A DNA stretch of 38,204 bases from Seison nebaliae (lineage: Eukaryota): contig JALJEE010002290.1 of NCBI GenBank assembly GCA_023231475.1, positions 1 to 38,204 on the forward strand, in the 5' to 3' direction. This document shows, piece after piece, positions 10,044 through 20,554 of the stretch; position 1 is the stretch's first letter, and each line of letters opens with the position of its first letter. A program made the translations under genes and the position numbers. The notes under the pieces are model-generated. The model was not told the origin of the DNA. It did no database searches and saw only the letters and a program-made list of their open reading frames with translations.

Positions 10044-13000
10044 ATGGATGATGATAAAATACCACACATTGATAAGTTGAAGGAAGAGTTAGGAGCATAT
10101 GAGATTGATGAGTTTTCGATGGAGAAAGAGGACGATGAACGACATTTGACGGTTGACGAAATTTTGGAGAAGGTTAAAAATTAGTTTTCGTTGTTTTGAT
10201 GCATTGTTGTCCTTAATCTACTTCCTCCAATTAACTCATTATTTTTAGTTGATAGAGGAAAAATCGATTAGTGTTCCTCATGCAGCTAAACTGCACGAGA
10301 AATATGAACATATGAAAGAAATTCTGGAGAAGGTTAAAGGAAGTGAGACATCATTCCTCCATTCGGCAAAGAAGTTGACAAATGAATTAGAAAATAAAAA
10401 AAGTATTATTTCTCAATCTGAATCTACAACGACTAAATCTACCGTCAATGACGGGAGTGAAACGGGTAAATTACGTCAGGAATTATTGAAAGCGTACAAT
10501 GAACTCGCCTTATTTGAGGAACGGGAACAAGCTCAGGAGATGCTCATTAGTAAGTTGAAGATTGAGAAGGAGTTATTGCAGAAAGAGAGTGAGCGAAATG
10601 AGAAGGCGACTGAAATGAGGAAGTTCCTCAACAACGCAAAAGAGGAACAAGATGAAATTAAAAGTGACATATCGATGACTAATCAAAAGATTGGTCAAAT
10701 GAAGGAAAAGATTCATGAGTTGAAGGAAGATTTAGCGCGGAAAGAAGATGATCTTCGAGAAATTCGAAGAACAGAAGAAGATCTTCAAGTTTTTCTCACT
10801 CTTCTTCTCCATTGAGAGAATTCATTTGGAAATTAGATGGAAATTAGTAACGCGAAAAAAGAGAAAGAAAAATTCCTCAAATCACAAAGTGATATCGAAA
10901 CGAAAATTAAGTTTAATTTTTTTTCGTTTTTCTAATTTGTTAATAACAAGTTTCTTTTAGAATTGAACAAACCAATGATGCAAAAAGAACAAATGATTAC
11001 AGTGAATTATCGGAAAGAATATTGGGAGAGGAACAATCGAAACGAAGTTTAGAATCGAAAACTTTAGACGGATTGCAACAAGTGGAGAAGTTGCAAGCGA
11101 AAATTAATATACAAAATAGTCGAATTGATGGTATTCTGATGAAGACGAATGAAGAGAAAGTGAATCGGGAAAAATTAGCGAGAGACAGGTTATTTCTCAA
11201 ACCGATGGTTTTATTAAAAGAAAAAAATTTTCAGCGAAATGTTAAGTCTCAGTTTGAAACATACGGAAGTGGAGAAGAAGCAAGGAGTGGAAGAGAATTC
11301 GCATGCTCGCCACGAATGTGATCAGTTGAACAAAACGTTGAAAAAGAAGGAGCATGATATCAAGATGATGGTGGAGAATATGAAAAATATTCGGAATCAT
11401 TTAGATGACTTAAAATTTCAGAAGCAGACGCTCGAAGTCAAATACAAATTAGATGGAACATCGAAATTATCTGCGGATGAACAATTTGAGAATCGTTTGA
11501 ATGCTCTGCGCCAAGAAACGATAAATTTACGACGTCAATTATTAAAACAAGATGGAATTACAAGTAACTTCTCTCAACAATTTGAATTGTTATTAGAAGC
11601 GGAAGACAATTTGATGTATCAACAATCCAATTGTCGAATAGAGTCCATCGAATTATTGAGGATTGGAACCATAAAAGTTATTCCTTATAATTTATCAGTG
11701 GATCGTTAATATGGTTTATGATAAGAGTGAAGAACGAGAAAATAAAGCGAGAGAAATGAGAAAGGCCAAGGAGAAATTGAGAGAAGCCGAAGAAACGATA
11801 CATATGAAAGATGCGGCGATTGAGAATTTGGAAAAACAAATGAAATTGTTGAACAATCGTTTATCGATATTCACTGAAATTTATGGAAATATGAAACAAG
11901 AAAGGAACAAATATGTCTCTCGAATTCAAAGTGCCGTCCAGAAAACGAATGAGATCAAAGAGAAACTGAAAATTAAACAGAATGAAATCGATATTTCTCG
12001 ATCAACATTAATTCATAAAGATAAGTTTTACATATTTTTCTTATGAAATTTCCTTTAACTAATGAAATATGTTTAGACAATTACAAAAAACTAGAATGAA
12101 ATTAACTCATTCGTTGAAGATGAGAGATGAAGTGAGGTCGGATATTCAGAAGGAGATAGTGATCAAAGGTAAACTCAATGAGAATAAAGATCAAGTTCAA
12201 ATCGATATTGAAAAATATTCGCGACTATCCAATTTGTTGGAGAAGCAATTCGTTCAGTTACGAGAGAAATACGACGAAGGAAACAAATCGAGAAATAAAT
12301 TGTTGGTAATTTTCAATTCCGTTTTTTTACCACTTCTTTTTTTAGGAGTGTGGATTTCGCTAAACGTAATCAGGAATTTGTGGTTCTTAATGAGAAGTTT
12401 AACATTCTTGAATCGAAAATTAGCGAAGCAGAGATGTCGATGCAAGCGAGAGAATCAGAAATTAAATTCCTCGATCTCATGAAGAAAGATGACGAACGTC
12501 AAATTGATATTTTGCACAATCGTTTGAGTTGTAACAAAGATGTGGGACATGAATTGACCGGGAAACAAATCCAACTTTCCATCATCAAAGACAAGATTTC
12601 GAAGATGAATGAGAAAATCGAAAATAATCCTGCTGTCCGTTACATTGATAAGGAGAAGACTATCGACATAACGAACGTTATGAAGAAGATTGAGGGATTG
12701 GAAATTGAACGGACGAATAAAGAACGATTATTATTAGAGAAAGAGTTTATGTTACAACAAATTTATTTGATGACAAGTGCTATGGAGAAGGATGTGGAAA
12801 AGTGTCGGAATAATTCACTGAAAACGGCAAAAACGGTTAAATTGACTCATTTTAAAATTATACCATTTTCTTTTCAATAAAAAACCATTGATTTTTCCAG
12901 GTGAATAAAGACGGACAGGAATTACGTGAGATAACCAAACGAATTATGAGTAAAGTGGCAGAGATTGCAATGATTAAGGCACAGTCTTTTGTCATTGAAC

Positions 13001-13344
13001 ATTCGGCAGATAAACTAAGGAAAGAAGTGGAGGAGGCATATAGAAATTATGAAATGAATGAAGCGCCAACGAAAAAGATTGAGAAAGAATGGATACAATT
13101 TAATCGAATTAATAGAATGACAATCGGTCAATCTATCGATTTCTCGAAAGAATTTATCGATTTTTATGAAATGAAAGATGGAACATTCACTACAGCGGAA
13201 CCACGACCAACAGCTTATGAATGTGTAACGAATGAACTACCATTATCGAAACCGTATGGTGCATTGGCACCATTTAAACCCCAAAGTAACGGTGCTAATA
13301 TTCGTCATATTCGTAAACCGAATATTCCTTCGATCGAAATTTAA
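10044..13344 (+). CDS. CCDC146: Coiled-coil domain-containing protein 146 (axonemal, MBO2-like), 956 aa, 9 exons (10044-10172, 10249-10788, 10837-10910, 10961-11188, 11235-11676, 11726-12024, 12077-12301, 12346-12835, 12901-13344)
   Basis: Long coiled coil with KQERNKYV and the diagnostic C-terminus TTAEPRPTAY...LPLSKPYGALAPFKP...GANIRHIRKP...IEI. Eight GTT-AG introns (76, 48, 50, 46, 49, 52, 44, 65 nt) join all ORF fragments into 2871 nt in frame. Confidence 0.92.
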
Positions 13345-13575
13345 ATAAATTTTTCCGAGAGGAAAATGAAATTATTTCTTTTTGAATTTAATTAAACTTT
13401 CCTAATCAACTTTGTCTGGGAAATGTTTATTGAATGATATCCATCAATTGTAACGAAATGAAAGATGAGTAATAAAATGTCCATATAAATACCAATTATT
13501 TCTCTCCCGTATTAGATAAAGTGAATTAACATCCGAGATATTTCCTTCTTGTCATCTTTTCTTTTTCGGTCGATA

Positions 13576-13875
13576 ATGCAATCATCTTTTGCAAATAATC
13601 CATCTTCGAATAATTTGAATCAAACAGTATTCAATTATTATAGAAGAGCGAGATCAGTGGCAATTTTAGGATCGTTATGTGCTTCATGTATGGCTTTCAT
13701 TTTCTTTCCTTTATTAGCTGCATCTATGTTGGCATTGGTTATCTATTTCGGGAAATGGCTCGACACATTACAAGACGTCACTACATCGTCAGGATTGTTG
13801 AAATCGATAGATTTTCGATGTTTTGCGATTCTTTTAATTGTCATATTCCTCCAACTTCGACATTACATTCGATAA
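13576..13875 (+). CDS. Putative small membrane protein, 99 aa, unknown family
   Basis: ATG at 13576. Hydrophobic stretches SVAILGSLCASCMAFIFFPLLAASMLALVIYF and CFAILLIVIFL, with coding-like composition in a short gap between two genes. Confidence 0.5.
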   Translation: MQSSFANNPSSNNLNQTVFNYYRRARSVAILGSLCASCMAFIFFPLLAASMLALVIYFGKWLDTLQDVTTSSGLLKSIDFRCFAILLIVIFLQLRHYIR

Positions 13876-14022
13876 TCGATTGAACTCTACGAATCTCCTT
13901 ACTGGCAAATAAGGAGAAGTATTCAACACAATTACCTCTTGTCTCATGGAACGGGAAGAAGATGGGTTGAATTTGAGAACGATAAATTTATTTAAATTTT
14001 TAAAATAAAATTTCACCCTTCT

Positions 14023-15836
14023 TCAAATGATGACTGCTTTTCTTAAAGGAGTTTGATATAAATTGGAAGGAAGATTAGAATTAAGGAGATTAATATGCAC
14101 AGGATTCCCCGCCATGATATTGATGGGCAGATACCATTCAATATGGAAAACATTTAGATGAGTTTTGGTTTGTGGAAGTCGAAGTTGTTTAAATGTTTTC
14201 CTTTTTCCAATCAATCGTTCGTCGGAATGTATAAATTCTGTTTTCGATAATAATCCTTCATCATCTATATATTCACCCATCGTTCCTGGCCACCAACGAA
14301 ACGAATCATTATAATTGGCGAGATTAGTAGTAGTGATCAGTTGTTTGTCATAACTGAGAAGGAAATCGAATTTTAAACGATATTTCACATTGACACAAAT
14401 CGTCTCAAACGAATGGTTGGAGGAATAAGGTACATGAATTGAGAATGGAACACGCGATTCTTTCGGAAGACAATTATAGAATTTTTGAGTTACAACTCTC
14501 ATTGAATGTTGTTTACTGTCAAATGATTCCTCATAATTTTGAAGAAGTGAATAAGTCTCTTTAATAATTTCATGACATTCAAGAGAAATGAGACATTTAA
14601 TACAAAACAAATTGGAATCTTTAAAAGACAAATATCCATTAATTTCACTGCCGAGACGGTAAGTCAAACTGTCGGGTGGATTAACGAATGACTTGAGATA
14701 TTTTGAGGCGTTCCCTCGCAACAAAGTTATAACTGACACGTTCTCACCTTCACTCAATGATATATCGAAGGATTGAAGTGATTTCGAATATGACGTGAGA
14801 GATTGAATGAATTGGAGAAGGAAATTGAGTCGGAGTCGATCGTTGGTATGATGCCAAGCACTTTCTTTCACATAAAGTAAATTGGACGTGTACAAATTGA
14901 CCTTGTCCAAATACAGTTTTTCTGCATGGTTTTCATTGACAGATTCATTCGATTTTTTCCCATAATTCAACCAAATCGATTCCATCAATTTCTTCTGATT
15001 TAGATTGAAAATTTCGTCCTTCAAATTCTTCATATGATTTCCGTTCAATTGACGATAGAACTGAATGAGAAGATTATCATTATCCTCTTCGTCGTCAAGG
15101 AGACGGAAAGCATTCAACATCGAATTTTCGTCCTTATTCCAGCCATTGGTCGATTGAGAAATGAGATAGAGATTCTCTCGCTCTCTCATCGTCTTTTCTG
15201 TCTGTCTCATTCGATTGCTTGATATTCCTTTACTTGTCTGAATGAATAATTCATTTAATTCTCTCAGTTGGAGAACGTTGAAGGGGAAGACGGATGTAGA
15301 GAATTGTTTGTTTGGTCGTTGTAAACAAACGATAATACGATGGTGATAACTGACATCCCTACCGATGTAAGTTGGAGGAACGTTGATCGGAATCATTTCT
15401 TCATATTCAACTAAATAAAATTGAAATGAAAAACGATAAGATTAAAACGAACATTCTATGGATGGTAATTTATTGGTGAGTTGTAGTGATGTACAAATAA
15501 ATTGCACGTCGCTACAATAACATAAATATCCTTTTTCGTCTGCAATTCAATATCACATAAAAGTTTAGTGAACGTAAAAATGAAACATGATCTATGAGGA
15601 TTGAACGAATAACGATTCTCCGTCTTCTTCGCCAATTCTTTATTGCGAATAAATTCTAATGGAATTCTCACGTTCCTCGACGATAAGTAACATCGACATT
15701 GCATTTGGACCAGTGCCCAATTAATGGCTTCCTCCTCCACATCTTCTTTTAGACTTAAACTAATCTGAGCACGAACTCGTTCGCCACCAATGTATGTCTT
15801 CCGTTTTCTGAAATGAACACTTACTTCGATCATCAT
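14023..15836 (-). CDS. RGP1: RAB6A-GEF complex partner RGP1, about 574 aa, 3 exons (15836-15587, 15539-15453, 15410-14023)
   Basis: MIEVSVHF...YIGGE...INWALVQMQC...FNPHR...EYEEMIPINVPPTYIGRDVSY...CLQR, later YRLGSEING, SFETICVNVKYRLKFDF and EWYLPINI, following the Rgp1 pattern. Introns are 47 and 42 nt. Confidence 0.88.
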
Positions 15837-16588
15837 TCAATTCATTTCATTCATCAACATGTACTACTAAGCCAACTAACTGAAACAAATTAATTAAAAC
15901 TATCTTAATAAACACAACAGAAACTACAATATACAATTAGCGGATGTCCAAGTTGTGACTGGCGAATTTTGCTACATTTGGCTCTTATTCTTATTTTTTC
16001 GATACAAAAAACTACATTCATGTCAAACAAAAAATAGGCAGGCGGCAACGCAATAAACGCAATCAATCAATTCGAATATTACACTGTTATATACGAATGT
16101 TCGTTTCCATTATGTTTCAATTACGAAATATAAATCGAAAAAATAACTTAATAATAACAGTAATAATATGATTTAAGGGAAAATGTGATTTTTGTATAAA
16201 ATTATTTAAGTTATATGAAAAACTTAATTGGAAGGAACCACGAATTCGAAAGCAGCATTGCTAAACATGAAGTGACTGTGGAGATTAATGGTTTGTCATT
16301 TTATTTCTTCCTTATATTCCTAGTCCTATAATTATTTTTCTTTATGTCTTCCTATGATGATTAGGTTGATATTGATGAACCATAATATTCGAAAAAAGTT
16401 TCCTTATTAGGTTACATTATGATATTTTAATTACGTTTTGTTAGTGAATTGTCATAGTAACTCACAGTAATAACTTGCAAGAAGATTGAGAGGCCAAAAA
16501 TTAAAGAAGGAGTGAAGATAATAATGAGTGAAATATAAATATTATTTATTAGAATAAAAATTTAAGTGAATTGTTCCAAAACTTTATA

Positions 16589-16715
16589 ACACGTCATTGA
16601 TATCGGAAAAAAATAAAGGAGTAGGCTCTCATCGTTCGCGATTTGAATGAACGGAAAATAATGAAAATTTAAAATTTTTAAAATAATTCAAAAAGCTGAC
16701 ATTATACACGTCATC
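16589..16715 (-). promoter_or_regulatory. Two UPRE/XBP1-CREB3-type bZIP sites upstream of CRELD
   Basis: ACACGTCAT at 16589-16597 and ACACGTCATC at 16706-16715 (minus strand ATGACGTGT and GATGACGTGT), about 300 and 185 nt upstream of the CRELD ATG in very AT-rich DNA. Confidence 0.5.
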
Positions 16716-16897
16716 GTTGTTATACGTATAATTTAAGCGCAATAATTGAATTGAAAAAAAGAACGAACAAACAAATTTATTATTTTCCTCATTTCATATT
16801 TTTTCCTTATTGAAGTTCCCATTTGCATTATATACACGGACATTTTCCGGGGAGATTTTGAATAAAATCATTTTCTGTTTATTTCATTTAATACCAA

Positions 16898-19033
16898 ATG
16901 ACTAAAATTTGCTGGTCTGCGACATTGCTTCTACTAATTCCCTTTCTATCCGTCGTCTATGGGGACAATGATCTGTTGCTGAGATGTCGTTATTGTCATG
17001 AAATTGTCGACGATTTCCAGAAGGTTTCTTCTTATTATTTCTTGAAAAAAGTTGTTATAGTGAATTATTGACGTTAGGGTTTAGGTTCAACAAAAAAAGG
17101 AAATTTCGGAGGTGGAAATTCTGATTGGGAGTCGAGTCGCTTAGGAAATTATGAAACGAGTGAAACGAGATTTTTGGAGATATGGGAGAAGTTGTGTGAG
17201 AATTCGAAAGAAGTGAAACAATGTCATTATTTGGCGGAGGAGTTAGAAGAACGGATTGAAGACTGGTATATGGAGAAGCAAGAGAAAGAACCGAATCTCT
17301 TCAATTATTTATGTGTAGAAGGGAATAATGGATGTTGTCCGAAAGGGACATTTGGTCCAAAATGTGGAGAATGTCTCAGTGATAACAATGGTCGCATCTG
17401 TTCCGGTCATGGTAAATGTGATGGTGATGGATATAAATTCGGTAATGGAAAATGTTCTTGTGACACTAGTTATTCCGGTGATTTATGTGACGAATGTAAA
17501 GAAGGATATTATGAAACAAAGAATGATAATGGAGATTTTGTTTGTAAAAGTTTTTCCTCTCATTCTCCTTTCTCATTCTTTCACAATAATAATTATTCTG
17601 TACAGAATGTCATGAATCGTGTAAAGATGAATGTACGGGCGAAGGAGCCATATCATGTATAGAATGTGGTATCGGATGGGAACGTGTAGATAAGAAGTGT
17701 GTGGACATTGATGAATGTGCATTGGAAGATAAAGGAAATTGTACTGATGGAACATATTGTTTCAATTCCAGAGGATCTTTCAGTTGTAAACGTTTTCTAT
17801 TCTATTTCTATTTTTAAAACTAAATAATTTTAATATATTTCAAGCGTGTAATCGTGCTTGTAGTAAATGTTTTTCTGCTGATAAGAGTAATTGTGAAGAA
17901 TGTTCAACCGGTTATCGACATGTGGAAAAAGATGGAAAGAAGATCTGTCTCGATATCGATGAATGTATCGCCGGTCATGATTGTAAAGAAAATGAATTTT
18001 GTGTCAATCGAGCTGGCTCTCATGAATGTGGAAGTTTATCACTTTTATCAATTTTTCCATTTTTAATTATATTTCAATAGAATGTCACGAAGCTTGCACT
18101 AGTTGTGATGGACCAAAACATTCTCATTGTTTCCATTGTAACAACGGTTTTATTGAAGATGAAAAAGTGAAAAAATCGAAGAGTAAAAGAAAGAAGTGTA
18201 TCGGTTCTATTAATTCACTTTTTTTTTTAATTTTCACAACTTCTTTCACAGATGTCAATGAATGTGAGACTGGGCAAATTTCGTGCAATGACGGTGAATA
18301 TTGTGAAAATAGTGCGGGCGGTTATAAATGTTCGGATTGTCATCGAAATTGTGAGAGCTGCACTGGAGGTAAAAGAACGAATTGTCTCACTTGTTCCGAA
18401 GGATTTATGAAGAAACTTACAAATAAAGATAAAGATGCGAAAGAAAATGAAATTCATTGTATCGGTTCCATTTCTCCATTATCTTTTCCATACATTTTAT
18501 GCATTTTTCAAATTTTAGACAAAAATGAATGTGAAGATCGACCGTGTGAGACAGCGCAATATTGTAAGAATCTGCCCGGTAGTTATGAGTGTCACGGTTA
18601 ATTGATTCTTTTAATCATTCATTCATTTCCAAATCCACACCAGATTGTCATCCATCATGTAAGACATGTGGCGGATCAAAAGATAACGTTTGCTCATCAT
18701 GTTTCGATGGTTATGAATCCAATCAACAGAATAATACTGAAGCGAAATATTTCAGATGTGTTGGTTCGTAACTAATCGATTATGATGTGACTGATAATTT
18801 TTTTTTTAGATATCGATGAATGCAAAGACAAACCTTGTAAATCCGATTTGGTGTGTACGAATACTCCCGGATCATATTTATGTGAACGAGAAATTGATAT
18901 GATGAGACGAACGGTGAAAGAAATACGTTCAGGTAAAGACAGTGATGATCCGAAACCAATTCCTCAAGAAGGAGATCTCTATGACGAGATGGACGTTGAA
19001 GAAGATAGTCAACAGAAACATGATGATCTTTGA
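16898..19033 (+). CDS. CRELD2: CRELD2-like soluble ER protein with expanded furin-like/cbEGF array, 576 aa, 9 exons (16898-17023, 17078-17549, 17606-17791, 17845-18033, 18081-18203, 18252-18464, 18519-18596, 18644-18763, 18810-19033)
   Basis: Signal peptide, CRYC (CxxC), WE-domain signature NFGGGNSDWE...YETSETRFLEIWEKLC, EGF CSGHGKCDGDG, five furin-like plus cbEGF pairs, no TM helix, and a C-terminal HDDL ER-retrieval signal. Eight introns of 46-56 nt give 1731 nt in frame. Confidence 0.92.
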
Positions 19034-19455
19034 TCATGTCACATAAGAAACAAACTCACATTCCACCACATTCACTTAACAATGACAAGTTTATCATAAG
19101 AAGAATTTTTTCATCTCAAATTCTCCTAAATTTCCATTCACTTCAACGACTACTCACAACAAGTCGTAAGAGAGAATAAATTTAAATTTGTTTTTTAATT
19201 TATTATTTCGATATGAATTTCCCACTCTCCAATTACATTATCAACAAATAATAAACTTTGTTATCTTTGTTAAAATTTGAATGATAATTCACTTTCATTC
19301 ATTCATCCTCATATTCATTCAATAAGTATAACTTTCCAATAATTTTCAATAAAAAAATAAACGTTAAACAATTTAGCATGAGGGAAAAATTTCTTCAAAT
19401 AAAAAAAAAGATATTTAAAAAAAGAGTGGAAATTAATTACTAAATTAGTAATCTT

Positions 19456-20140
19456 ATGAGAGTGCTACCGTTTATAAGAAAGCAAAATAGTCATTCTGAT
19501 CGAGGATAAATTATAAAGATGGACAATTGGCGTTAAAGAGATGAGAAAGAAGAATTGATTAAAGAACATTAATTGAGGAGAAGTTAAAAATAAATAGTTT
19601 AAATTTGGGGGGTATAGATGAATTACATCCCTCACAATTCATTTTGGATTTTCAAACATACCCGAAGCTTTTCCAACAACTATATACAATTCACGATAAC
19701 GGCAATATTTTAAGGAATATTCCCCAAAAAGACAAGAATTATACAGATAAAAGTGTATTCAGAGGGAAGAGTATTATGAAGATTCCTTTAATCCGGATAA
19801 GTATAATAAAAATCTTTAGAGTAATTATGAACGATTGGTTTGTGATTCATCCTTAACAAATAATTTATCGGAAGTTCAGATATTTTTAGAAACCATCAGA
19901 AATAAATTAGTTATAATAAAAGAAAATTAGTTAAAAAGTATAGAAGGAAACCTGCATCATCATCGACGGAATTATTAGGTAAGTTAAAGAATTATCGGAA
20001 GGACAACACGATTTAGTTTTACAGAGAAGTTTCTAGGTAAATCTTATATAAATTAAACGTAAATGGAAAATAATATAAACTCAAAAGAATAATTCTGTTC
20101 ATTGTAAGTGTGCTGCGAAAGGACTTTAAAACTACGAAGT
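19456..20140 (+). pseudogene. Possible heavily decayed retroelement integrase remnant
   Basis: Broken frames carry HSDRG (19492-19506), an ER...RTL..KLK-like segment, YTIH and a KFLG.SYI...VNGK*YKLK segment resembling a GPY/F domain, in integrase order. There are many stops and frameshifts, and the motifs are short. Confidence 0.3.
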
Positions 20141-20276
20141 TTTTTAACAGTTTTAATTTTAAATGAATAAAAAATAAAATGTAAAATTCAAAGATAAATT
20201 TATTTGGGAAGAAATGTAAAATTAAATATAATAAAATTAATATGGTATGGATAATTAACGACTTTTAAATTGATTC

Positions 20277-20444
20277 CCAAAATTCTTAACCAAATAATAT
20301 TGAGATTTGAGTAGAATTCCAAATTTTTGAACCAAATAACATTTAAATTTGTGTTGAACTCCAAATTTTTGAACCAAATAACATTGAAACTTGTGTTGAA
20401 CTCCAAATTTTTGAACCAAATAAGATTGAAATGAGAGAAGAATT
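20277..20444. repeat. 42-bp tandem repeat, 4 copies
   Basis: Units start at 20277, 20319, 20361 and 20403. Consensus is approximately CCAAATTTTTGAACCAAATAACATTGAAATTTGTGTTGAACT; the two inner copies are the most similar. Confidence 0.92.
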
Positions 20445-20554
20445 CCATAAATATTAAACACTTGGTCGATTTGGTTGAAACCATTCGGTTTGGTAGTCTC
20501 ACGAAAAGGGTTCAAAGTAATCATGTGATATTTGATAGATGACAAGACGAATAA

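Noticed and set aside
10249..13344. Fragmented ORFs read as pseudogenes, programmed frameshifts or an alternative genetic code (also CIAO3, calaxin, CRELD)
   Set aside because: Every break is resolved by a short GT-AG intron giving full-length proteins. The 4797-aa ORF is open in the standard code, and TAA/TGA end genes normally.
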